From Clostridia bacterium (GTDB lineage Bacteria; Bacillota; Clostridia; Oscillospirales; CAG-382): 64,000 nucleotides of DNA. A model generated the notes under the pieces. The model did no database searches. It saw nothing but the letters and a program-made list of their open reading frames with translations, and had not been told where the DNA came from. Positions 53,991-61,844 of this stretch are shown piece by piece. The DNA lies in the NCBI GenBank assembly GCA_017563195.1, contig JAFXDO010000048.1:1876-65875 (forward strand), read 5' to 3'. The first letter of the stretch is position 1. Every line of letters begins with the position of its first letter. The position numbers were made by a program, and so were the translations under genes.

Positions 53991-54823
53991 TTGCCGGTCA
54001 CTTCCTTAATAATAGAAGCGAGGTATTCCTTAGCGGCGATAATATCCTTCGCCTGCTGCTCGCCCTCGATCTCGCGCTCGATGGTGATATATCCGTCGTA
54101 GCCGAGCTCGTGCAGACCCTTGATAACTCCGTAGAAGTCTACCTTACCCTGACCGATCGCGGTCTCCTCACCGAGATCGTGACCGTTGACGGGATATTTG
54201 CCGTCCTTCGCGTGAAGGTTACGAACGTATTTGCCGAATACGTCGAGTGCGTCAACGGGGTTCGCCTTACCGTAAAGGATAACGTTTGCCGTGTCAAGGT
54301 TTACGCCGAGGTTGTCGGCACCCGCGGTCTCAAAGCAGCGAAGCATGGTAACGGGGGTCTCCTGACCGGTTTCGAAAAGCAGCCACTGACCGTTTTCCTT
54401 CAAGTGGTCTGCCACCCTCTTGACAGCGTTGCAGAAGGGAACGAATTCGGGATCGTTGGGGTTTTCGGGAATGAAGCCCATATGGGTAACGACGTTGACA
54501 ACTCCGAGCTTTGCCGCAAAGTCGGCACCGTCGCAGAGGTTCTTAACGCGCATTTCGCGGTATTCGGGAGGAACGAGTCCGAGGTTCTGATGTCCCTCGT
54601 AGAAGTTCCAGGTGCAGGGGCCCTCCCAGCCGCACCAGAACGCCGAGATTTCAACGCCGTATTCCTTAAGAAGCGCATTCAGCTGCTCTGCATTTTCATT
54701 GGTCCAGTGCGCGGGGTTCCAGGAAAGAAGCTGGCAGTTATCAAAGCCCTGCTCTCTCAACACCTTGAACTTATTGGGCATATCGCTCATTTCACCGAGC
54801 ATTACGCAAACGCCTATTTTCAT
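53978..54823 (-). CDS. Sugar phosphate isomerase/epimerase (xylose-isomerase-like TIM barrel)
   Basis: 281 aa. VVTHMGFIP, LFETGQE, LDTANV and ITIERE metal-ligand pattern. Confidence 0.8.
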   Translation of the reverse strand: MKIGVCVMLGEMSDMPNKFKVLREQGFDNCQLLSWNPAHWTNENAEQLNALLKEYGVEISAFWCGWEGPCTWNFYEGHQNLGLVPPEYREMRVKNLCDGADFAAKLGVVNVVTHMGFIPENPNDPEFVPFCNAVKRVADHLKENGQWLLFETGQETPVTMLRCFETAGADNLGVNLDTANVILYGKANPVDALDVFGKYVRNLHAKDGKYPVNGHDLGEETAIGQGKVDFYGVIKGLHELGYDGYITIEREIEGEQQAKDIIAAKEYLASIIKEVTGKCVL

Positions 54824-54850
54824 AATAATACTCCTTTATTCAAAAATTAT

Positions 54851-56374
54851 TTATCCTTTGCTCTTATAGAATTCCTTGGTTTCTTCAAGCGCGCTTTCCG
54901 CGGCGGATCTCTTTGCCTCAAACTGAGACGAGAAGGAGCCGAGGGGGTTATACGCCATATTCTGAAGCAGAATATCGAGCTCGCCCCACTGATATACCAT
55001 ACCGACATCGCAGGCGCGGTTGGGGAGAATATATTCGTTTATCATTTCGGCGGATTCCTCGTCGCGGGTCTTCATATAGGAAAGAACCGTCTCCTGATAA
55101 TCCTTTGCCACGGTGTTCTTCGATGCGGCACCCAAAACGTTGAGTGCGTCGACGGTCATTGTAAGCTTATCCTCGGTAACGCAGATGGGGATCGCGAAGC
55201 AGGATGCGCCCCACGGGTTAACGAGCGAATAATAGTCCTCCTGCGCGGTATCGAGCTTGGGCTCGGGAACGACGCCGAAGCGCTGCTCCATATTACCGAG
55301 CCTTACTACGGTGCCGACGGCATCGTTAAAGAAGAGGGCTCTTCCTGTGATGAATGCGTTTCGCGTAAGGTCAACGGGGGTCGACGTCACGCCGAAGTAA
55401 TCGTTGGCGGAAATATAATATCCCTCGCCCTGAACGAATTCCTGAAGCTTTTCCATAACCTTCGCCGAGCGCTCGTTATACATAGTGATCTCGGGGTATC
55501 CCTCAGCGTCGGCGCTTGCGATCTTTTCGCCCGAGCCGAAGAATATCGCCCACATATCGTCGAGCTGACCGCTCCAGCCCACCTCATCCTGATAATCGAC
55601 CTTGCCGTCGCTGTTTATGTCGCGGCCCATGGTCTTTGCCGCCTCAAAAACGAGGTCGGTGGTCCACTTTCCCTCACGCACGAGCTGATACGGGTCGCCG
55701 CCGTAGGTTTCGGAGAGGCCGTTCTTATCCCAAAGCTCATAATTGAAGAAAAGGGTCTGAGTGCAGGATTTGTTTATCAAGCCGATGTCGCCGATGGTAA
55801 AATAGAGCTGATCGGCATAGGTCATCGCTTCGTTGAATTCCTGATTCCACCAAGGCGCGTCTATCTGCAGTCCGTCAAGCCCGCGGAGATTGTAAAGGTG
55901 ACCGCCCAAGGCAAGGCTTGCGCCGTCGTAAAGGCAGGGCACGACGACCTGATAGTCCTCGGTGGACGCGAGGTTGCCGTTTATGACCTCCTTGAGGAAC
56001 TCGCCGTTCTTACGGGTCGGGCTGTAGCACTGTATCTCCTCGAGGACCAGTCCGAGTTCCTCCTCGAGTATCGCGGCACGCGCACGCAGGTCGTCGTTGA
56101 TGATCTGCGGATAGGTCTGCTCCGCGCCGTCGTCGTAGGTGTTGGTGACTATTTCGGATTCATAAACCGTCGACGTGTTGTTCGTGAAAAACGTGATGGT
56201 TTCGCCGTCGTATCTCTTGCCGCTCGTCGTTGCGACGTAATCGCCGTCTGCGTTGCGGTATTCGTCCATCGCACCCGCAGTCGAGCTCGTATCCTCCTTC
56301 GAGCCGTCACACGCAGCCATCGCAAGCATAAAGCAGAGTATCATCAAAAACGATATGATTCTGTTCGGCTTCAT
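54851..56374 (-). CDS. Extracellular solute-binding lipoprotein, orphan (close paralog of 9995..11536)
   Basis: AAGGAG RBS. Lipobox LAMAAC. Shares the YQVVVPCLYDGASLA and APWWNQEFN blocks with 9995..11536. Confidence 0.8.
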   Translation of the reverse strand: MKPNRIISFLMILCFMLAMAACDGSKEDTSSTAGAMDEYRNADGDYVATTSGKRYDGETITFFTNNTSTVYESEIVTNTYDDGAEQTYPQIINDDLRARAAILEEELGLVLEEIQCYSPTRKNGEFLKEVINGNLASTEDYQVVVPCLYDGASLALGGHLYNLRGLDGLQIDAPWWNQEFNEAMTYADQLYFTIGDIGLINKSCTQTLFFNYELWDKNGLSETYGGDPYQLVREGKWTTDLVFEAAKTMGRDINSDGKVDYQDEVGWSGQLDDMWAIFFGSGEKIASADAEGYPEITMYNERSAKVMEKLQEFVQGEGYYISANDYFGVTSTPVDLTRNAFITGRALFFNDAVGTVVRLGNMEQRFGVVPEPKLDTAQEDYYSLVNPWGASCFAIPICVTEDKLTMTVDALNVLGAASKNTVAKDYQETVLSYMKTRDEESAEMINEYILPNRACDVGMVYQWGELDILLQNMAYNPLGSFSSQFEAKRSAAESALEETKEFYKSKG

Positions 56375-56415
56375 AATTATTCTCCTTAGCGTTGGTGTGT
56401 TTTCTTTACCTTATT

Positions 56416-56444
56416 ATATTATCATATAAAAAACGCAAATGCAA
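56416..56444 (-). promoter_or_regulatory. Sigma-A-type promoter of 54851..56374
   Basis: On the minus strand: TTGCAT, 17 nt, TAATAT. Confidence 0.5.
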
Positions 56445-56446
56445 CA

Positions 56447-56475
56447 CAAAAACGGATCCTATCGACCCGTTTTTG
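56447..56475 (-). terminator. Terminator of the HTH/kinase operon
   Basis: On the minus strand: aacgggtc-gatag-gatccgtt (one G-U pair), followed by tttgtgttg. Confidence 0.6.
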
Positions 56476-56500
56476 AATTTTCCGTGAATATTTTCGCAAT

Positions 56501-57448
56501 TTATTTCATCGGCTTGATCGAAACTGTTTCTCCGCCGACGAGAGAACGCGATTCGTCGCTCGTTATCTCGAACGCGCTGTCGAACGGTGCGTTCGTCACG
56601 GCTGAGCGCGACGGGCCCATCGGAACGCGGCAAATTCGTCCGTCTATCATTCTGTAAAGATAGGTGCTGTGCCAGACCGCGTTCGTGATCGCCGTTTCGG
56701 TCGGGATGGCGTTTCCGCCCTCGTTTCCGCTCTGGTCGATGGCGTTGACCCGCTTGAATTCAGCTTCGAGTCCCCTTCCGTGACCGGGAGACGAAAAGAC
56801 GGGGCTTTCAAAGTCGGCAGGGTCGTTCCAGCCGTATTTTTTCCTCGTCTCGACCGACGACGCGAGCGAAGACACCTCGATAACCTCGATATGAAGCCTC
56901 AGTCTGTCGGGCTCGGGCGAAAAGACGGATATTTTCAATACGTCGCCCGGAAGATAATAATTCTCGGTAAATTTCCAATGTGCGTTGGCGAAGCAATTGT
57001 CTCCGACGGCGGAAACCGAATATTTTCCGTCGTGAGCGTCGTAGCCGCCGACGTCTTGATCGACTTCGGTAATATAGCGCCAAAACGGGCGAAAGGCGAT
57101 GCAGCCCTTGCTTATCATGCCCTTAGCCCTGTCGATAACCCCGAGTGACAGCGAAAGCCCGACGTCCGATTCGTCTGCCGCGTGTCCGCCGAGATAGACC
57201 GACGGGTTATCGAGGCTCTTCACCTCGGGATCTATATCGGGGTGCCCGTCAAGACCGTCCTTATAACGCGAAAGCCTTATTTCGGGAAGCGTCACAGTGC
57301 CCTCGATACCGAGCCACCCGTCTAACGACGACACCACCTTGTGATACCACGCTCCGCCGAAAACCGGATGCGGCGTCGGAAACAGCCTTTCTCCCTCGAT
57401 TTCGGCATCATGGATCATAGCCTCGGAAAAATCCTTATATTCTCTCAT
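56501..57448 (-). CDS. Cytoplasmic protein of unknown function (315 aa), last gene of the kinase operon
   Basis: Clean ORF 9 nt downstream of the kinase gene. No signal peptide and no motif I recognise. Confidence 0.5.
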   Translation of the reverse strand: MREYKDFSEAMIHDAEIEGERLFPTPHPVFGGAWYHKVVSSLDGWLGIEGTVTLPEIRLSRYKDGLDGHPDIDPEVKSLDNPSVYLGGHAADESDVGLSLSLGVIDRAKGMISKGCIAFRPFWRYITEVDQDVGGYDAHDGKYSVSAVGDNCFANAHWKFTENYYLPGDVLKISVFSPEPDRLRLHIEVIEVSSLASSVETRKKYGWNDPADFESPVFSSPGHGRGLEAEFKRVNAIDQSGNEGGNAIPTETAITNAVWHSTYLYRMIDGRICRVPMGPSRSAVTNAPFDSAFEITSDESRSLVGGETVSIKPMK

Positions 57449-57457
57449 ATAAACCTC

Positions 57458-58174
57458 TCAAAGCGCTTTTTTCACTTCATCGACGGTCTGATATCTCTTG
57501 CTCGGGTCGATACTCGTGCATTTTTCGATTATCCTGCCCGCTCTGCCCGATGCCGTTCCCTCGCAGGGGTGCCTGCCTGTAAGCATCACGTTGAGCAGGA
57601 CGCCCAAAGCGTAAATATCGGTACGGGAATCGCTTTGTGCAATGCCCATCTGCTCGGGCGAGGCGTAGCCCACCGTGCCCATTACGACGGTATCACGCGA
57701 GGCGCTTTTATGCACGCGGGATGCGTTGAAGTCGATAAGCACGACCCTTCCGTTCTTATCGATCATTACGTTTTCGGGCTTGATATCGCGATGCACTATC
57801 CCCTGACCATGGAGCAGCGCAAGCGCGTCGCACAGCGAGGATATGATACGCTTCGCGCCGATATATCTGTATTTTCCGGTTTCGAGCACGTCGGCGACCG
57901 TGATCCCGTCGATAAATTCCTCCAGCACGATACAGCCGTCGTCAAGCCCGACAACGTCGTAGACGTACGGAAGATTTTTCTGCTTTACGGTGCAGACGAA
58001 TTCGTATGCGTCGCTTTTTTCGGGCAGAGAATGCAAAACGAGGTCTTTCTGCTTTTCCTTGTGGCGCAGTCTGATCGTCTTACAGCCGTTTTTCTCTGCC
58101 AGCCGCCTTACGACCGAATAGGTCGCAAGGAGCCTATCCAAATATTCCTCTCTCGTCATTTTTCGTTGTACCAT
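57458..58174 (-). CDS. Minimal Hanks-type serine/threonine protein kinase (kinase domain only, 238 aa)
   Basis: HRDIKPENVMI catalytic loop, DFNASR (DFG variant) and GTVGYASPEQ activation segment. No TM or PASTA domains. Confidence 0.85.
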   Translation of the reverse strand: MVQRKMTREEYLDRLLATYSVVRRLAEKNGCKTIRLRHKEKQKDLVLHSLPEKSDAYEFVCTVKQKNLPYVYDVVGLDDGCIVLEEFIDGITVADVLETGKYRYIGAKRIISSLCDALALLHGQGIVHRDIKPENVMIDKNGRVVLIDFNASRVHKSASRDTVVMGTVGYASPEQMGIAQSDSRTDIYALGVLLNVMLTGRHPCEGTASGRAGRIIEKCTSIDPSKRYQTVDEVKKAL

Positions 58175-59100
58175 TCCTCATATTCAGCCTCGCCGCCGTC
58201 GCAAAGCGATTTGAAGGTGCGGTGATCGCGGTTATGGCACTCGGACGAGCAATGGACCGTAAGCGTTGCGCGGCGGTATTCCTTCACAGGAAAGAAGCTT
58301 GCGGGTGCGCCGAGCTCCTCGCCGCAAATATACAGATCGGTCAGATTGTAGCAAAACCTCAAAGCATCGCAGGCTATCGTCGAAACGTGCTTCGGGATCA
58401 CCACGACCTTAACGGTGTCGCGGATATGCTCCTCACCGAAGGTGCCGTCAAGGATACCGACGACGCGATAGCCGTCGATGGTTTCGGGGATTATATAGAC
58501 CCCGTCGGGCGAAACGGTGTTCACCGCGGTGATGACGACGCCGTTTTCGGTGCGCGATTCCGAGCCGCGGAGATCGTCAGCCCAGGTAGCCTCACGGTAG
58601 GAATATTCGACGATATCGGTGGTCGCGTGGATGGGAGGAAAGTGGTATTCGGGCTCGGGCTCGGCGTTATCACCGTCGGAAGCGTCCCCGCTTACGCTTT
58701 CGGATACGCTTTCGGACGGGTTGTTAGTCGATTCGTCGACCGATTCGTTGGTTGATTCGTCGACCGATTCGTTGGTTGATTCGTCGACCGACTCGTTGGT
58801 CGATTCGTTGGTCGATTCGTTGTTCGATTCAACGACAGAGGCATCAAGAGCGTCCGACGCGGCGGAAGAAGCGGCATCGTCGTAAGAGCCTGCGTTTCTG
58901 TCGTCGTTTCCTGCAAGCGCGACGAAAAGCAGAGTAAGAGCGATTACAAGCACGAGCACCGACGCGATAACGGCGACGGTCGTGCGTCTGCTTTTATTCT
59001 TTATTTCGACAACCCTTTTTTCATCGAGCGGCGACATACAGTAAAGGCAAAAGCGCGAGCTTTCCTCTATTTCGGCACCGCAAAACGGGCATTTCTTCAT
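58156..59100 (-). CDS. Zinc-ribbon / TM / acidic-repeat / LRR-like ectodomain protein
   Basis: N-terminus MKKCPFCGAEIEESSRFCLYCMSPL (zinc ribbon), TM VAVIASVLVLVIALTLLFVAL, tandem ESTNESVD repeats, and a C-terminal BspA-type LRR-like region (IIPETIDGYRVVGILDGTF, VVVIPKHVSTIACDALRFCYNLTDLYI). Its 3' end overlaps the kinase start by 19 nt. Confidence 0.6.
   Translation of the reverse strand: MKKCPFCGAEIEESSRFCLYCMSPLDEKRVVEIKNKSRRTTVAVIASVLVLVIALTLLFVALAGNDDRNAGSYDDAASSAASDALDASVVESNNESTNESTNESVDESTNESVDESTNESVDESTNNPSESVSESVSGDASDGDNAEPEPEYHFPPIHATTDIVEYSYREATWADDLRGSESRTENGVVITAVNTVSPDGVYIIPETIDGYRVVGILDGTFGEEHIRDTVKVVVIPKHVSTIACDALRFCYNLTDLYICGEELGAPASFFPVKEYRRATLTVHCSSECHNRDHRTFKSLCDGGEAEYEEWYNEK
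58730..58830. repeat. Coding tandem repeat (24-bp units decaying to 12-bp units)
   Basis: gattcgtcgaccgattcgttggtt occurs 3 times, followed by gattcgttggtc-like 12-mers. On the minus strand this encodes (N)ESTNESVD repeats. Confidence 0.9.
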
Positions 59101-59103
59101 ATT

Positions 59104-59526
59104 TCACCCCAAGGTTTCGAGCTGATACTCGTACAGCAGCTCGTTTATTTCGATAACCGACAGCCCTTTACATATACCGTATATGATCACGCTGTCGAAG
59201 GGGAGCTTTACGTAAAGCGGAGAATATCCGGCGCACTTCAGCATATGCTGTGTTTCGTCCAGATCGAGCCCCATTGCGAGCGTCAGACAGAGAAGCTTGC
59301 TTCTTTCGGGCACACGCAGTCCCGAAAAGATCTGGTAGGCGTACACCTCGGAAATTTCGGATCTTCTTATGACCTCCGATTTCTTTAAGCCCTTCTCGTC
59401 AAGCTTTTGCGACAGCATATCGCAAAGCAGCGAGTCTACCATATATTCCTTATTTTCGTTATAAAAGCTCTTGAAATCGTCACAGAGCCCGAGCTCCTCG
59501 ACGATCCTCGACGTGTCCTTGCGCAT
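59104..59526 (-). CDS. Putative HTH-domain protein (XRE-like core), first gene of the kinase operon
   Basis: The central segment GLKKSEVIRRSEISEVYAYQIFSG resembles a Cro/C1 HTH. It lies 3 nt upstream of the zinc-ribbon gene. Confidence 0.5.
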   Translation of the reverse strand: MRKDTSRIVEELGLCDDFKSFYNENKEYMVDSLLCDMLSQKLDEKGLKKSEVIRRSEISEVYAYQIFSGLRVPERSKLLCLTLAMGLDLDETQHMLKCAGYSPLYVKLPFDSVIIYGICKGLSVIEINELLYEYQLETLG

Positions 59527-59545
59527 TTATCTCACCTCTGAATGA

Positions 59546-59574
59546 AGTATACCAAAGACGCGTTTTTTTGTCAA
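59546..59574 (-). promoter_or_regulatory. Near-consensus sigma-A promoter of the HTH/ZnR-LRR/kinase operon
   Basis: On the minus strand: TTGACA, 17 nt, TATACT. A 15-bp palindrome abuts the -35. Confidence 0.65.
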
Positions 59575-59575
59575 C

Positions 59576-59590
59576 TATGCTGACAGCATA
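59576..59590. promoter_or_regulatory. Perfect 7-1-7 palindrome (candidate operator)
   Basis: tatgctg-a-cagcata, located between the divergent genes 59104..59526 and 59652..60506. Confidence 0.45.
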
Positions 59591-59651
59591 AGACTTTTGT
59601 CGAGGAATCTGCTATTATATCCGCAAAGCCTTGGATTTTGGGGGTATTTTT

Positions 59652-60506
59652 ATGCGCATCGAGCAGGGAATCATACGAGAATTTGACAGATACGACGAAA
59701 TAGTTATCCCGCGCGACTGTATCGGAATATCGCCCGACGCGTATGAGGATCTTGCCGCAACCGCAGACGAGCGAAAATGCATTGACGTTGAATTCGGCAA
59801 CGAAAGGCTTATTGTGCGCAAAAACTGCCTTATCGAGCGGGAAAGCGGCAGGCTGATTCTGGGGTGCAAAAGCAGCGATATTCCCGACGACGGAAGCGTT
59901 AAAATAATAGGAAGCCACGCGTTTCGCGGGATAGGCGGGCTCGAATCCGACGACCGCGACTGCTTTTCGTCGGTTACCCTGTCCGACGGGCTTGAGGTCA
60001 TCGAGCATCACGCGTTTGCAGACAGCGGACTTAGGCACATAGAGCTTCCGGACAGCGTCAGGTCGATCGGCGCGATGGCGTTTATGCTGACCCGACTCGG
60101 CATCGACGGCGAGACCGTCACTATTCCCGAATCCACCGAGCATATCGGTGCGGGAATGCTTGCGGGGTGCACAGAGCTTTGCAGACTGCGCGTAAGCGGC
60201 AGAAACAAGCGTTACGCGTCGGAAAGCGATTGCATCTTCGACGTAAAAGAAAAAAGACTCGTCGCGGTGCATTGCGGAAAATTCGGAGAAATGCTTCCCT
60301 CCTGCGTCGAAAGCGTCGAAATTCTTTGCTTTTTCGGGCATCGGAGCAAGTCAAGATATTACTTCGGCGAAAAAATCAGGGAAATAAGGAAATCACCGCT
60401 TGACCTGCCGAGCTTCTTCGAGTTCCCGATAATCATCGTATCGCCCGAAAACAGCTACGCCCACAATTTCGCAAAAGAAAACGGCATTGAGTACGAAAAG
60501 GCATAA
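59652..60506 (+). CDS. BspA-type leucine-rich-repeat protein without signal peptide
   Basis: ATG 59652 (MRIEQGI) follows GGGGGT. LRR_5-like repeats are present (IIGSHAFRGIGGLES, LEVIEHHAFADSGLRHIELPDSVRSIGAMAF, IPESTEHIGAGMLAGCTELCRLRV). Confidence 0.65.
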   Translation: MRIEQGIIREFDRYDEIVIPRDCIGISPDAYEDLAATADERKCIDVEFGNERLIVRKNCLIERESGRLILGCKSSDIPDDGSVKIIGSHAFRGIGGLESDDRDCFSSVTLSDGLEVIEHHAFADSGLRHIELPDSVRSIGAMAFMLTRLGIDGETVTIPESTEHIGAGMLAGCTELCRLRVSGRNKRYASESDCIFDVKEKRLVAVHCGKFGEMLPSCVESVEILCFFGHRSKSRYYFGEKIREIRKSPLDLPSFFEFPIIIVSPENSYAHNFAKENGIEYEKA

Positions 60507-60524
60507 AAAAAGCAGTGCATTGCA

Positions 60525-60734
60525 CTACTTTCTTGCGGGGTCATTGCTTTCGCCCAAAAGGTAATCTACGCTGACGTTGTAAAAACGGGACAGCTTGATG
60601 AGGATCGACGTGGGGATATCGTTTTCGCCGGTTTCGTATTTTGAATATCCGGTCTGCGACATGCCGAGCATATCGGCAAGCTTCTTTTGGATAAGATCCT
60701 TATCCTCGCGCATGTCGCGTATTCTTTTATACAT
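60525..60734 (-). CDS. XRE-family HTH transcriptional regulator (69 aa)
   Basis: RIRDMREDKDLIQKKLADMLGMSQTGYSKYETGENDIP is a classic Cro/C1 HTH. Confidence 0.85.
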   Translation of the reverse strand: MYKRIRDMREDKDLIQKKLADMLGMSQTGYSKYETGENDIPTSILIKLSRFYNVSVDYLLGESNDPARK

Positions 60735-60783
60735 TTCGCCCCTCCGTTCATTTTTTTAATTCTTATTTATAATTATACATTAA

Positions 60784-60826
60784 CCTAAAACAGAGTATTG
60801 ACATTTAACCTGTTTTAGGCTATAAT
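60784..60826 (+). promoter_or_regulatory. Consensus sigma-A promoter bracketed by a 10-bp inverted repeat (operator candidate)
   Basis: TTGACA (60798-60803), 17 nt, TATAAT (60821-60826). The arms cctaaaacag (60784-60793) and ctgttttagg (60810-60819) flank the -35. Confidence 0.7.
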
Positions 60827-60856
60827 GTGATAAAAATTTACAAAAGGAGAACAAAT

Positions 60857-61717
60857 ATGGCAGACAAGAAGAAGTTCAACTTTGTTGAACCGATCAAAAA
60901 CATTCCTACGGTTTTGAAGACCTTCCCCAAGGGCCTCATCAACCTCTGGAAGGAACCCGTGACCAACGTTGCGCAGGTCGAGCAGCGCAAGAAGGACCTC
61001 TGGGCTTGGCTTTACCTCTTCGCAGGCATAGCTGTTCTTATGGGTCTTCTCGGCGGCATCGTATCCGCAATCTCGGCTATCACAAGCATTTTCCTTTTCA
61101 TCGGCGTTGCAGGCATTATGTACTGCGGCTTCCTGCTTTTCATTGCGGGCAAGGCGGGCGACAGATTCAAGGCTCTTACCTGTGAAGACTGCGACACCCT
61201 CTTCGAGCTTGAAAACAAGGAGGACTTCAGCAAGTACGTTTCCTACGATATCATCAAGGAAGACGTCACCTCGAACCTTTCTCACCCCGCAAGCGAAAAC
61301 GGCGTAGTACGCGAGGTCACCGCATCCGGTAAGGCTTCGGTTATCGTCGAGATCAAGCTCACCTGCCCCAAGTGCGGCAAGGTAAGAACCCTTCACTACT
61401 CCATCGAGCCCTTCAAGTGCGAAAGGAAGGAGACCAACGTTCTCGTCAGAGACCTTGCAGTAGTCAAGGCTACCGTTGAAACCTCTGTTAAGGAAGTGGT
61501 TGCAATGTACAAGGATCCCGCACAGCGCAGTGAGATCCCCTACACCATCCACAGCATCCACCACCCCAACCACGCTAACAGAAGCAAGCCTCAGACCGGC
61601 AACAGCTTCCCCCATGTCAACGGCGTCAAGATCACCTATAACAGAACCGTCGATGAATTGGTCAAGGGCTACTTCACCGAAAACGAGCTCAACGGCAATC
61701 TTACCGTTGCAGGCTGA
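60857..61717 (+). CDS. Membrane protein with C-terminal CxxC...CxxC zinc-ribbon-like domain, unknown function
   Basis: AAAGGAG RBS before ATG 60857; the track start at 60827 is upstream of the RBS. Two TM helices (WLYLFAGIAVLMGLLGGIV, IFLFIGVAGIMYCGFLLFIAG), then LTCEDCDTLF...LTCPKCGKV. Confidence 0.55.
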   Translation: MADKKKFNFVEPIKNIPTVLKTFPKGLINLWKEPVTNVAQVEQRKKDLWAWLYLFAGIAVLMGLLGGIVSAISAITSIFLFIGVAGIMYCGFLLFIAGKAGDRFKALTCEDCDTLFELENKEDFSKYVSYDIIKEDVTSNLSHPASENGVVREVTASGKASVIVEIKLTCPKCGKVRTLHYSIEPFKCERKETNVLVRDLAVVKATVETSVKEVVAMYKDPAQRSEIPYTIHSIHHPNHANRSKPQTGNSFPHVNGVKITYNRTVDELVKGYFTENELNGNLTVAG

Positions 61718-61757
61718 TAGTCAACCGAATAACCTCTTCCAAATAATATTAAAAGGG

Positions 61758-61786
61758 TCGGCAGCGCAAGCTGTCGATTCTTTTTT
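61758..61786 (+). terminator. Rho-independent terminator
   Basis: tcggcagc-gcaa-gctgtcga (GNRA-type loop), followed by ttctttttt. Confidence 0.75.
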
Positions 61787-61797
61787 GCGCAAATCGG

Positions 61798-61826
61798 TTG
61801 AAAGGAAAACCGCTTTGTGGTATAAT
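61798..61826 (+). promoter_or_regulatory. Sigma-A promoter of nrdG
   Basis: TTGAAA, 17 nt, then TGgTATAAT (extended -10). Confidence 0.65.
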
Positions 61827-61844
61827 ACACACGAGGTGAGAAAA

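Noticed and set aside
54110-56389. Very long ORFs in the track that lie antisense to well-supported genes. Examples: 54110..56389 (+), 38677..40263 (-), 29932..31788 (+), 29108..30004 (+), 25912..27474 (+), 43835..45508 (+), 9980..11422 (-), 24420..25886 (-), 15662..16981 (-), 14141..15283 (-), 12929..13780 (-), 22305..23510 (-), 34818..36062 (-), 8055..8732 (+), 8838..9812 (+), 59571..60341 (-), 60815..61615 (-), 62624..63394 (-).
   Set aside because: Each is the mirror of a gene with clear family motifs, an RBS and a sensible start. Their translations are low-complexity and rich in R, A, G and V, with no RBS and no recognisable motif. Such shadow ORFs are expected in GC-rich DNA with biased third-codon positions.
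61476-61844. The N-terminal 123-codon extension of nrdG proposed by the ORF track (start 61476).
   Set aside because: It overlaps the end of 60857..61717 and a terminator (61758-61786) and promoter (61798-61826). The canonical NrdG N-terminus begins at ATG 61845, behind a GAGGTGAG RBS.
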